A DNA stretch of 64,000 nucleotides from Eledone cirrhosa (taxonomy: Eukaryota), in NCBI GenBank assembly GCA_964016885.1, contig OZ024742.1, forward strand, positions 248,682,001 to 248,746,000, in the 5' to 3' direction. The position numbers and the translations under genes are program-made. Of the stretch, positions 44,322 to 58,149 are shown in pieces. The notes under the pieces were generated by a model. It made no database searches. It was not told the DNA's origin and saw only the letters and a program-made list of their open reading frames with translations. Position 1 is the stretch's first letter. Every line of letters starts with the position of its first letter.

Positions 44322-44420
44322 TAGTTATGTAATAAATAACATAAGATAATTAATTCATTTACCAGTGGTTTCTTGCAGCGCTTGATACTTATGGCCGTCT
44401 TCATTCATCAGTAAAAAATG
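44172..44420. repeat. Convergent inverted pair of HHR-bearing fragments around (TA)n
   Basis: CTGATGA..GAAACCACTGGTAAATG at 44178-44233 (+) and its reverse complement at 44356-44411 (-). Same family as 8174 and 52401. Confidence 0.75.
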
Positions 44421-44433
44421 TTATTATTGAATG

Positions 44434-44462
<29 letters not shown>

Positions 44463-44471
<9 letters not shown>

Positions 44472-45213
44472 GTAAGAAACACAGTAAACCGTGTGTCTAA
44501 AATTACAAGGGTTGAAAAACCACATTTGTTTGAAATATTTAACCAAGAAGCAGACAGAATGATAACATATACAAACCGCCTCAATAACCATTATATCTCT
44601 CGGACAGATTATCCCTAATCTGTTTCGCCCTGAGTGTGTTTGTAACAGATAATCCTGGGCTTCATCAGCGAGAGATTCTGATTAAATGCCACAAACACTA
44701 TTTGCCAACGTTCACACAGAAAGATGAATTTGTCACCTCGTGCTCCGCTAGTCAAACGTGGTAAGCGTGTATTAAATAGAAATAGAAATAACAGTCCAAC
44801 ACACGCAACTTAATAAGCTCAACTTGTGAGGGAGCAGAAATATATGAAAATTAGAGTTAACACTCAATTGGAACCCTGCAACTATTAAGCTCCAAGTATA
44901 AATACTGAGCTGATAAATAATATATAGTAAGAAACAGTAAACCGTGTGTCTAAAATTACAAGGGTTGAAAAACCACATTTGTTTGAAATATTTAACCAAG
45001 AAGCAGACAGAATGATAAAATATACAAACTGCCTCAATAACCATCTGTCTGCTTCTTGGTTAAATATTTCAAACAAATGTGGTTTTTCAACCCTTGTAAT
45101 TTTAGACACACGGTTTACTGTGTTTCTTACTATATATTACTTATCAGCTCAGTATTTATACTTGGAGCTTAATAGTTGCAGGATTCCAATTGAGTGTTAA
45201 CTCTAATTTTCAT
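44463..45213. mobile_element. Retrozyme-like 453-bp unit: about 1.28 tandem copies (-) plus an inverted partial copy (+)
   Basis: 44463-44591 is repeated at 44918-45044. About 45044-45213 is the reverse complement of about 44842-45011. (TA)n on both sides; canonical HHR inside. Confidence 0.8.
44595..44676 (-). ncRNA. Canonical type I hammerhead ribozyme with GUC site
   Basis: ATCTCTCG CTGATGA A GCCC..GGGC GAAA CAGATTA ggga TAATCTG TC CGAGAGAT: 8-bp stem I, 7-bp stem III, predicted cleavage between 44603 and 44602. Confidence 0.9.
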
Positions 45214-45441
45214 ATATATATATAGTTTTTGGTAGTTAAAACGTACGACGAGCGCTGCTAATTGTATTCAATTGTAAAATTCTAATCGCAAGCATCTTTT
45301 TAACTACACTTGATTTGTTTACATATATATGGCTTTTAATATGAAAGCATTTAATTTAACGGAGTAATACGTTGCTACAAACGTTTAGCTAACTTACCTC
45401 GAAATTAAGAGGTGTATGTATGTATGTATATATATATATAT

Positions 45442-46048
45442 GTCAGGTCACCAGTTGGTGCTACTGGTAACATGTATCCCAGTACAACCTGTATCATGGT
45501 CGGGTCGTTGGCGACTAAACTGGCAACCCCACCAAAGTTTCTTGGCGAGGAGGGTGACTTTGGACATCCCGCAGGACTAAAAACAAAACCTGTCAAAGGG
45601 CAAAGAGCTCTTAAGCGTCAATGACCATCCAAAATTACCGGGAGAGATGACCCCTTAGCCTTTGTCAAGGCAGAATTCTAGGAGAAGGAAAACTCTGATA
45701 TAACACCTGCAACCCTGATGGTATCCAATGATGTTGACTTGTTCTTCTTTTTGGTAAATACCATCTTGGTTAAGAGAGTGGGACTGGATTTGTGCAGTGC
45801 CTTTGCTCACTATAAAAGCTTCACGGCACAGGCATTGCTTTATATCTGGAGATCTCTCTGCACTTGTCGTCACATCGTACCATGGGTCTAGCACTATGTG
45901 TCAATAATTGTCACAGGTGTAGTGTTTGTACCAGAGTTTTCAAGTCGCTGGCTGGACTAAAAAGTCACACTTGTTTAGCGCATCGGTAGGGGTTCTCCTA
46001 CATGGATATAAAGTAGTGGCCGTACTCGAAAACGAGTTGGCAGCCACC
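45442..46048 (+). mobile_element. Bipartite RTE-derived non-autonomous element (about 607 bp)
   Basis: Contains the RTE 5'UTR-type motif CTAGGAGAAGGAAAACTCTGA. The 3' part encodes [20 protein letters not shown] (C2H2 finger like an RTE ORF C-terminus) and ends in the hairpin ACTCGAAAACGAGT. Confidence 0.8.
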
Positions 46049-46479
46049 ATATATATATATATATGTGTGCATGTATGTATGTATGTATCTGTGTATGTAT
46101 ATATTTATGTATGTTTCTCTTTCTCTTAATTTCTATGTATGTATGTATATAGGTATGTGTGATTGTATGTATGTAAGCATGTATACATATATGAATGTTT
46201 GTTTGTAGGTATGTAGGTATGTATGCATAAGTGTGCGCATGGGATTCAGCCCTGAGGGTTATGATCTCATGTTTGCATGGTTATAAGTTCGATTCCCGTA
46301 CAAGGCACGGCATTCATTCCTTGAGCGAGACACTTTATTTCAGATTGCTCAAGTCCATTCAGATCCTTAATACTGGGGGAGTTCTTTATTAATTTGATGT
46401 TGAACTCCTCGGTCGAAGAGTATGGCTTTCCATGTCAATCTACGTTCTCTAATTTCCAATTTTTCATGAAGCCTTTAGA

Positions 46480-48430
46480 GAAGCAGATGTTGATTTGTTT
46501 CGGTATATTCCGTAAGAATTTAATGGATGCCATTCACACAATAGCACTTAAGGTAACAATAGACACGAACTTCTATAATGCCAATTCCCTCGATATTAGC
46601 TTAGACTCAATCACATGATGAAAAAACCATATGAGAAAACTAATGAAAAATTAAAATATATTAACATAGTATCTTGACCCCCACAATGTTGTTAAAATCA
46701 TCATAATGTATAATAGCAGTTATAGGATCTGAAACCTCCCAGCCTCTAAGGAGCTATTGAATAAGCTTGCGCCATTCTACAATAATACACTCATAGATTG
46801 TAGCTTCAAAGACAAAAAATTAAGTACGAACCCAATCAACTCCATCGCAAAAAATACTAATAATTGAAACTGAATATTTACCTGGCTCCATCCTATTCTT
46901 CTAACGTAAAAACAAATTAAGGTAAGAAATTCCAAGATCTAATTCATAAACATTTACCAGTACAATGTGTTCCTCTATTTACCTTTATAAAGTACTGTTA
47001 TTTGTACACTTTTATTTTTTTTACGTGTTCTAATTCCCTATAGTTGTCTAAGCACAGCTTGATGGAAGATAATATTAGAGAAAACCAATGAAGAATGACA
47101 TGATGCTGAATCAAAACAAAAGCAATATATACAAACACACACACACCGACCACAAGTAAATATGGAATGATACGCGACGCCATCACTCCCTACCCCACCA
47201 CAGCCCCGGCGGTCAGAATGGAGAAATGGAGAAGGCGTTTCCCCGAGGACAGCAAGGGAGACGCGCTGGAAAAGCCACTGCAACCCGCGGGGCCCACACC
47301 TGCGGCTGGCCAGCTCAGCGCCTATGGTGATGAGTAGGGAGGTAGCCCTAGGGCCAAAGACACCAGAAGTCTCCACTGCCAGGGGCACAACCACAAACCT
47401 ATCGGAGAGCGACCGGTATTTGAGGAGTTTAGCCCCCTCAGCCCGACGTGCAGCAGAACCTGGGTTAATAGCAGACTGCACCAGGTTGCGGCTGCAGAAA
47501 GTGTCTGTGCAAGTAGCATCCCAGACGAGGGGTTTGCCATCGCAGAACGGGAAGATGGTCATGTCATCTGGCCTTTTGCCGTTCCCTTGGTCCAGCCCCA
47601 CCGGCACGAGCTGGGAAGGGAAGCCTGCAGCGTCCAAGCCATGCTTTATGCCCTCGTTGAGGGCAGATATGGTGTGGAAGGCAGCCGGCACTGTGGAGAT
47701 AGGAAAGTGGGTGGAGGCCGAAAGTGTCTACGGTGGATCCGCAGCGACACTGGTGTGGCTCGCAGATCCGGAGGCCGAGCCTCAAGGAAACGCCAATGCG
47801 CAGGCTATTATTGTCTAGCTGCGTACCAGTGGAGAGGGAGGGCAGGCCATAGAGCCAGACACCACTGTGGCGTTTGGAGGTCACACGAAAACAGGCAAGG
47901 CGGTGCTGGTCGAGTTGGCGCGTGAGCCTGTCTGAGGCCAGGCTTCTCTGGATGGCATCCCAGTACAATATAGGTAAAGTAAAATATTCAATCGAAGTTT
48001 TCTGACGATATCCTAATCCTGCAGCCCTTCTATGTGCTCGAAAATTACCAACTTAATATAAATCCAGACTGCTCTTGCAGGATTAATGAGAAAGGCCATC
48101 TACAACACCTGTGTAATATACAATTTATCTTTTGAAAGGCAGATATCATACATGCTGCTATAGATAATACAGGTTTCAGTTAAAGATGTATGGTGCATGA
48201 TCGTTTTAAAGAACGAGTTTACTTGCATTCTACACTCCTTTAGATATCCTGAAATTTGAACCAACACAACCCTGGCGAAAATAATCTGACAGTTAAAGGA
48301 TAAAAGAATCCCACATGAAATAACATGGTAAATACTTGAGAATTCCCAAACTTAGAAGATCAATATAACAGATGCTACTTCAACCTCATTGATAAATTTA
48401 AGATTTTACAAATTCTGTCTTCTGCAAAGA
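46480..48430 (+). mobile_element. Decayed Penelope-like element split by a CRE-like insertion
   Basis: LKVTIDTNFYNANSLDISLD..PYEK.NEKLKYIN. Removing the insert restores IHKHLPVQ|YR*SKIFNRSFLTIS*SC, the KHFP..KIFN..ISYSC motif. Confidence 0.7.
46967..47959 (-). mobile_element. 5'-truncated CRE-like non-LTR retrotransposon (zinc knuckle plus RLE) with 10-bp TSD
   Basis: SGVWL..LRLG..CRCG..FGLHPLS / ALN..GKRPDDMT..LVWDATCTDT..AE..K..KY..VPLAVETSG..LFQRVSLAV, with a frameshift between the two ORF pieces. TSD CCAGTACAAT at 46957-46966 and 47960-47969. Confidence 0.85.
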
Positions 48431-48670
48431 AAATAAAAGTTAACTCTAAATTTGAGCTATTTGAAGGATGTTTACATAAAAAAAGACATTTGTATTGATA
48501 CATATTCTTAATATACAAATATATATATGTCTTCTACATTCATATGGCACCACGCACTTCCTATTCTACTTCATTCCCACTATGCAAAATGCAATCTGTA
48601 TGTAAAATATATACATGAGTGTGCGTCCATGTGTTTGTGTGTTTGTATGCATGTATATATATATATATAC

Positions 48671-49264
48671 TGGTGCTACTGGTAACATGTATCCCAGTAC
48701 AACCTGTCCCATGGTCGGGTCGTTGGCGACTAAACTGGCAACCCCACCAAGGTTTCTTGGTGAGGAGGGTGACTTTGGACATGCTGCAGGACTAAAAACA
48801 AAACCTGTCAAAGGGCAAAGGAGCTCTTAAGAGTCAATGGCCATCCAAAATCACCGGGAGAGATGACCCCTTAGCCTTTGTCAAGGCAGAATTCTAGGAG
48901 AAGGAAAACTCTGATATCACACCTGCAACCCTGATGATATCCAATGATGTTGACTTGTTCTTCTTTTTGGTAAATATCATCTTGGTTAAGAGAGTGGGAC
49001 TGGCTTTGTGCAGTGCCTTTGCTCACTATAAAAACTTCACGGCACAGGCATTGCTTTATATCTGGAGATCTCTCTGCACTTGTCGTCACATGGTACCATG
49101 GGCCCAGCACTATGTGTCAATAATTGTCACATGTGTAGTGTTTGTACCAAAGTTTTCAAGTCGCTGGCCGGACTCAAAAGTCACACTCGTTCAGCGCATC
49201 GGTAGGGGTCCTCCTACATGGATATAAAGTAGTGGCCGTACTCGAAAACGAGTTGGCAGCCACC
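48671..49264 (+). mobile_element. Bipartite RTE-derived non-autonomous element
   Basis: Near-identical to about 45455-46048; flanked by (TA)n. Confidence 0.85.
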
Positions 49265-49671
49265 ATATATATATATATATATTTCGATAATGAATACCAC
49301 GAACTTGCCAGTCACGTAGGTCTGATATTTCATTTCGTATTCAAAGAAACACTTTAAACGATTAATCGTTTGATTTGTCCAGGTGTATTTTTCTCAACTT
49401 GTTAGTTCTATCGTTGTATTGTGTGTTAGATTTGCCTACCACAATGTTCGATTTGTCAAGCTATTTAAACATATGTTATTACTCTAAGGCCCTAACGTAT
49501 CGGGTGCTTTGTTAATTCATCATTTCATATAAGTAGGCTGAATTTACTTGCAAACCGCCAGAGATTCGATTTTACTAAATTTCCAATTATATATATATAT
49601 ATACATTCGTGCTATTAAGGTAGACATGGCCTGGACCAATACTGGCCGAAACCTATCAAAGTTATCAAAGT

Positions 49672-49745
<74 letters not shown>

Positions 49746-49879
49746 ACTATATATATATATATATATATATCATAAAACATGTCTATAGAATCACCAGATA
49801 AAATATATACCATTTCCTCTCCCAACTAGCATAATTAACCTTTATATATATATATATGTGTGTGGGGGGGGGGTATGTG

Positions 49880-50046
<167 letters not shown>

Positions 50047-50733
50047 GCGTGTGTGTGAGCGCGCGTGTTTGTGAGTGTGTGTATATATTTGTTTGCAAGA
50101 TAAGTCCTTACAAATAACCTTGTTGTTAAATTTCTAATTCACATATAGTCCAGTCTTTCTTTCACATAATTAAACCTCGTCATCTTTCGTACATAATCCA
50201 GCGATTGTCGACCACATACAGTAAGCAATGTGAGTACCCAATCTTCACATTCCGTACGATTAATTTATAGTGTTTATATTATCGTTACACTTGTCAGAGC
50301 TGGATGACGCATTGGGTAAGGCATATATTGTTATTCAAATAAATATTACCACAACTGATTAATACATTGAACCTTTAGCCCAGCTCAATGCTATAAAATC
50401 TTTGTAGCGATGACATATATTCTAAACGATAACATTATTTGATGCTCGATTTCACAGCTAGCTTATCACTGACCCAATGTTGTTCGCCATATATTCTGAT
50501 AACATAGAAAATCCGGTCTTTCTTTACACTTAAAATGACAAACGTGGAATATTTATGACAGTGCTCGGTAATATCCAATGAGGGTTAAGCATGCATGGTT
50601 AATTAAATTTGGTTTCTAATTAAGATTTCCATCTTTTGAAAGAACTTTAAAATCTTCCCCTTAACTCGTTAATTATTTATACATTTATTAATTTATTTAT
50701 TATTTTTATTGTTATCTTCAACATTATCATTAA

Positions 50734-50778
<45 letters not shown>

Positions 50779-50896
50779 TATCATCATCATCGTCATCATC
50801 AATCATCACCGGCGTCATTACGATCAGCTTACACAGTACCACTGGAATAATTGCTGGCCTTGTGCCAAAAGTAGAAGCAATTATTATTATTATTAT

Positions 50897-50989
<93 letters not shown>

Positions 50990-51022
50990 AGCAGCAGAAG
51001 TTGTAGTAGTAACAGTAGCACC

Positions 51023-51065
<43 letters not shown>

Positions 51066-51066
51066 T
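50734..51066. repeat. (CAT)n and (AGT)n microsatellites flanking a SINE tail fragment
   Basis: Visible triplet arrays, with TTGCTGGCCTTGTGCCAAAAGTAGAAGCAATT between them. Confidence 0.9.
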
Positions 51067-51528
51067 CATTGCTGCTATTATTGTTTGTATTATTGTTGTT
51101 GTTTCCCTTCGTGTTGTAATTTACTAATTAGTAGATAAGATCCTCTCACTCAGCATTTAGGGTTACCAAGTCCCTGGTTTACTAAACAAAATATATGTGA
51201 AAGTATATAAATAAAAATGTGAAACAAAAAATAATAAAGTGTAAGACTAAACACTGCGATACCAATCATTGGAAAAGATTGACATTAAAGTGCAGCATAA
51301 TATATTCCTATAGATGACAGCAATTGCAACGATTTCTTCTTTAGATATCACACCTTAACCCACAAACTGATCCATCCTTTCCCTCCACCCGTTCTCTGAC
51401 TATTTTATCTTTCTCCCTGTTTCACTATCTGTCTGTCGTATCCAACCGAGAGATATCTTCCTTATCTTTCTCTATCTCCCTCTCTCTATCCTTTAATCTG
51501 CTCTGCTTTTACGATAAAATTGTTCGAA

Positions 51529-52357
<829 letters not shown>

Positions 52358-52400
52358 TATATATATATATAGTTATGTAATAAACAACATAAGGCAATTA

Positions 52401-52460
52401 TTCCATTTATCAGTGGTTTCTTAAAAGCAAAAATGTTTGCTTTCAATCATCAGAATGAAA
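52401..52460 (-). ncRNA. Hammerhead ribozyme (same family as 8174; stem III mismatch)
   Basis: TTTCATT CTGATGA TTGAAAGCAAA catt TTTGCTTTTAA GAAA CCA c TGA TA AATGGAA. Confidence 0.65.
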
Positions 52461-52471
52461 AAATCCTGGTC

Positions 52472-53060
52472 TCTTCTCTTTTAAATCTACACTTATTTTT
52501 ACCTTTTATATTATTAAACCAAGAAATAACAGAGGAAGTATTTAACCACTGTGATAGGTCAGTGTTAGTTCTAATTTGGAGAATTATTTTTCTTAAGATT
52601 TTTTTACTTGCAAGGCCAACTTCGGATTTAGCCGGGTTAATCAGTCTACAACTAGGTCGATTAGTAAAGTCCAATTTATGGTCTTTAAGGGTAATATATT
52701 CTTTACTCTTAGCTAGGCTTTCAATCCGGTTGTCTATTTTTAAAGAACTAGCTAGTTCTTTAGCTTCTTTATTAATAGTATTGTAGGTATTATTATTAGT
52801 TAATTGATATTTGTTGGTGATACTATTAGTTAAAAGTTGGTTATACAAAGTACTATTAACTTCAAAGAGATTTTTAGTTTTATCAGAAAGAACAAAGGTG
52901 TTTGTAGAATTTCTAAAATTAGAAATATCGTTAGACAGTTTAGTTTGAAAGTTATTATTGTACTTACGAAATTTGATATCACTAATTAAATTAACAAGGT
53001 CTAATTCCAAGTTGGCCATGTCTTTAATTCTAGGTGGATATTTACGGGATTTTATGTCAA
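52472..53060 (-). mobile_element. Penelope-like element, N-terminal RT region (open frame of about 185 aa)
   Basis: IKFRK.NNNFQ.KL..DI, SDKTKNLF, ITLKDHK.DF.NRPSCRLINPAKSEVG.ASK.IL and QW.NTS.VI.WF, typical of PLE RT N-terminal motifs. Confidence 0.85.
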
Positions 53061-55419
53061 AACAATCATTAGTATCAGTAAAATCAACAGGTGTAAGTCA
53101 ACAGGTTGAAATTAACATCGTTTATTCATATTCGCCGTTAAATATATTTCGGTGATAACCATTATTCCCATTATTCAACAGCCAGAACCTGAACAGAAAT
53201 AACAGAAAAAACATAATGATGGAACAATGTTTACCACTGTTATTTCGATCTTTTGATATGCCCAATCTCGAAATATGGTGTTATTTTCTCACCAGATCTT
53301 TGAGAAAACACCACCATGCTGGGCGTACCAAAAGATCGAAATAAGCAAGGTAAACGTTTTTCCATCATTATATTTTTCTGTTGTTTTTTCTAGCTGTCTG
53401 ATGAGGCCATAGCTGTTGAATAATGGTTATCGCTGATATATCAATAAGTTAATATTAACCTGTAGACTTACACTTGTTGTTTTTAGATTACTCCAAAGTA
53501 GACAGTCCCACCTGCGCACCTCGTTGAGTGCTCTACTCAGCATACTGAAGTGTCTGTAACTAACCATATAGTGTGTGTGTGTGTGAGAGAGAGAGAGAGA
53601 TATGTGTGTGTATATATATATATACAAAGAGAGAGAAATTCTCCGTCTTGTTCTATTTTTCTATTGAATTATGTACTATATGATCGTGCACGAATGTTAA
53701 ATGCCAACATATAGACCGCCTTTATTTGCATATATATACATCCTTAAATGTGGTCATAGTCACACTGAGAAATTAATTCATGCGGCCTATCTTCTAGTAT
53801 TTCTCCGTTGACAGAAAAAGAACGATGAGTCATTGAGAATATATCAAAATCTATTTCCAAATAGAATCAGATCGTTTACCGTTTATCATTCTGCAGATAA
53901 ATACGTAAAAAAACACACGTTAGCATGTACATACTTTAGCATAGATCAGTTAATTTGTTTGTATACGTGTGCATTTAGATATGTGTATTGTTTCTGTCCT
54001 ACATTTTATCCATTTCCAATGCAAGGTCCACCAATGGATGCGACCGAGTTATAGTTCTAGTCGACATATAATTCTAACTGATATTGGAGATTTATCGCTG
54101 TTTTTCCAGCCATAACTTCATTTTATCCTGTTATAGAAAACCCAGAGCTAGTAGGTCGAGGTCAGAATATAAATGAACCGGTTACGGAAATTCATTCCAC
54201 TTGAGGTTCATATAATTCAACCAAACAATCGCTGTGGTCAGGTATATTATTTATCGAACCAATTAGGATGGAGGCAACGTCAATTTCAAAAATAAGCGAG
54301 CCGCATCAAATGCAAAAATTCATTCTGTCTTACGCTCTACCGATGTATTTTTATTTATTTAGCATATGAAATCAGTAAATCATTTTCCAAACGATAGGAG
54401 TAATATTTTAGAGAATAAATACATACGTGTATATGCCCACATAATATATATGAACGTCTTTATTAACATATATGTAAGGGTATATATGTATGGATATATC
54501 TGCTTGTGGATATGTATGAGTTAATAATGAGTTACCAATTCAAATCAAGACAAATGATAAATACACTAGATATACAATTCTAATGAAGTTACTGTATAAA
54601 CTAATAATATTCATGCCTAAAAGGTTCGTTATTTCCCTCATCTAGTCGACATTTTCCTCCTAGAGTGTATATCTCCTCTTAACTATCATTCATAATACCA
54701 GAAAGGAGAAAGGTGTATTTAATTTCGTTACTGAAATGTAGAACATTAAATAGTGACAAATTTTCTTAGTCTCTTTTATAAATGTTATTCTACACAAAGA
54801 AAAACCCACACTGTACGTCCTGTATCATCTTTAATGTTTCCTGAATGTGAGCCTTGTGTTGCTAATAAAGAAATCAATATTACACACCACAGGTTGCTGA
54901 ACATAATTTGTTGATGAACGAATTTAGAAGAGGTTCTTACACATAAATACCGTGTTTTTGGAGAACATTTTGAAGAAAAATGATTGTCTTATGCAGCTCT
55001 ACTCATATATAAATTGTTTGTGTAGTGTACATATTTCATATTATAAATACTATTATATCAATATATTTGGGGTAAAAGTATATTTGTCTTATCCCACAGA
55101 AAATGAGGTAGCTTCAGACGAAAAAAAAAATCTATTGGATTCTTCAATCTAAAGTATGCATTAGAATAGTAAATTCGGGGTGCCTAATTTATTGAAATGT
55201 GATAGCTGTATACGTAAGGTTTTCAATGGCCGAAGACATAATGGGCGAATCAAATTGAATAACGTAATGCATATACATTAAATTCCAGATGAATTAGTAA
55301 GGAAGACGTCATGAAATACATACGATATTTAAACCTGACATAGACTGTCCCTCTCCACGTCCGAACGTAGCCAACTTATTTTAGAGAATCAAGGATTGGA
55401 AGCGAGAAAACGAGAGAGC

Positions 55420-55501
<82 letters not shown>

Positions 55502-55857
55502 GGGGGGGTTGACTGTCGAAGGAATGTTGGTTAAGAATCATTCGAAGTACTTAACTAGTCTTATATTTATCAACCTTCAAAGTTAAAATTGGCCATGTCA
55601 TGATTCGCCACCTACTTCCAAAGAAGGAGCACAGCCGGAAACATCGAACACTTGCATTCTGCTTCCTTATTAACGTGTGAAAGTAAACACTCTATAATGT
55701 GCACGTTTCAACATTTAATATATATTTCGTGTGTTGAGACTCATTCCTCCTACTGTTAAACTGGATTAGCAACGATGTTGGTATAGACAATTACGGATGT
55801 AATATATAACGTTTAGGTGACAAATACATTGTATATGCATATATACACCCACCAACA

Positions 55858-55901
<44 letters not shown>

Positions 55902-56694
55902 CATTCTCTCTGTTTCTCCCCCTCTGTCATGTCAGTTAACTCTTCCTCACACTTTCACTCACTCACTGTTTCTCTTCTCTTCATTTCATCCTGTACACCA
56001 TGAAGGCTATTTTTCTCTCTTCTCACATGGCCATCGCTCGTGTCGGGTCTTTTCTAAAAGCGCTCATATATTCACCTAGCTTATGCTAAACAGAATAATT
56101 TTTGAAGCTTGTTTCTTTCCCCTACGGTTAGCTATACTCTTTGTTGTTCTCCTGTCTCACTCGCTTTACGCGTTTCAATTGTCCTAATAACTTATTTTGG
56201 TTATTATTGCACCGACGTGAGGTATATGATTTTTAATGCAATGAAATATCTATGATCGTCGGCAAATCACTGATGAGGGACTCATTTTATTACATGTTAT
56301 CCATGTGCTACCTGCAGTATTTTTCTCTATATTTTATTATAAATATATATATATATATATATATGTCTGTATGTAAAAGGTAAACAGATATAACAACACA
56401 ATCGATACAGTACATGGTAGGAATATATTAGGTTAACGCTTGAATTAGCAGGAAAACGGTCATAACGTATCGAACGCTAGTCCTTCATCAGAAGAAAGAA
56501 TGAGAAATTAGAAATATTGAAGAGACGGGAGGAGCGGAATCGGACAAAATGTTTTTAGAGAAAAGTAACATGTCCATTCATGTTGCCATCTCTTGGGAAT
56601 TGTTGATGCCTTTGTTTGGTGCATGATATACATTTTTTAGAAAAGTGGATGATGGAGCACGTCAACTATATATATATATAGTTATGGGTAAAGA

Positions 56695-57022
56695 ACCCTT
56701 TCGGTCGCAAATGAGCATGGGATTACACCTAGATCCCCTCCGAGGCACACTTCCGGGCAAGGATGTTTGTGGAAGACCAGCAATCGCCCATGCGTACCAG
56801 TCTCCCCTCTCCACGCCACTGATGTTGTCCAAGGGAAAGGCAAATGTCAAAACATCTTGGCACCAATGACGTCGAAACTCAATTCTACAGCTGAGTGAAC
56901 AGAAGCAACGTGAAATAAAGTGTCTTGCTCAAGAACACAACGCAAAGCCCGGTCTGAGAATCGAACTCACATCCTCACGATTATAACCCCGGTGCTCTAA
57001 ACACTAAGCTCTGCGACTTCAC
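56695..57022 (-). mobile_element. tRNA-derived SINE, second family
   Basis: Minus-strand GAGTTCGATTCTC B-box and TCTTGAGCAAGACACTTT; paralog of 36368-36680. Confidence 0.75.
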
Positions 57023-57217
57023 TTATATATAGCTACATAATCGTATATACACGTAAATGTGAGTATACGCTATGAGGATCTTTATTTATAGCATAGCGCT
57101 TTTAATATATATGATGCATATATGTATGCATATATATATAAATGTATATATATATATAGATCTATATCTATATATATAATAAAGATGAAATAAAGATGGT
57201 TATAAGAGTTCCATATA

Positions 57218-57283
57218 TTTTATTATATATATTTCGAATACAAAATCATCGTGGGACAGATGTTGTGTTCTCTTCAGATAAAA
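57218..57283 (-). ncRNA. Minimal type I hammerhead ribozyme
   Basis: TTTTAT CTGAAGA GAACACAACATC tgtcccac GATGATTTTGTATTC GAAA TATATA TA ATAAAA. Confidence 0.7.
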
Positions 57284-57435
57284 AATAAGGTACAATGATA
57301 TGAGGCATAATAGCACTTTTTTATAGGAAAGTGCTAAGTCTACATATGACAGAAAATTATGTGTTAATATATATATATATATATATATATGAAAAAGAAC
57401 ACAAGAGCGTCTACAACATCAAAAGATTTTTATTG

Positions 57436-57480
57436 GCTTACAATGTTTCTTCCTTACGTAACTGTAGGATTCGTCAGAGC
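57436..57480 (-). ncRNA. Minimal type I hammerhead ribozyme
   Basis: GCT CTGACGA A TCCTAC agttac GTAAGGA A GAAA CA t TG TA AGC. Confidence 0.6.
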
Positions 57481-58149
57481 TATAAAAGGGGTTTGATTGG
57501 TGTTATGGACTCTACCAACCAAACATTCAAGAACAAAGAGTAAAGAGAGTAAAGAGCAAAAGTAGGGGACGATAAGTCTAATTTTGGTGCGGGAGAGTGG
57601 GGTGTGGGTCCTTGTTTACTAGCTGCGGTCATATTCATTCCCGGGAGTCGGGTGGTTAGCTGAACCATAGATGGGGTGGCGTCGATAGTATGGTGCAGAG
57701 GGTGCGCAGAGGCTACACAAACACAAAGGGCATACAATATATATATATATATAGCGGAGGAGAAAGTACATGAGGTAATTAGAAATGGAAAAAGAGTAAT
57801 AATAATAATCTATAATTAATAGTGTATAATAAGGCATGGGGAAGATTACACTATAATAAGGTATAAAAGTAAGAATAAGGTAAAATATAAAGGAGGATAA
57901 AATTGGAAATAATAAAGATAAAAAAATATATAGAGAATATATAAAGAAATATAAGCGAATATTTGGAGGGGAAAACACAACGTAAAAAAAAAAAAAACGA
58001 TTTTTTTTTTCAAATAATAATAAAAATATAAATATAATAATTATGGGGGGAGAAAACGGGATAGAGAAATATGATCAAGTGTGATTAGTTGAGAGAATAT
58101 AAGATGATAATAGTTATGTCAAGTTTATACATCTTAATAATTAATAATC

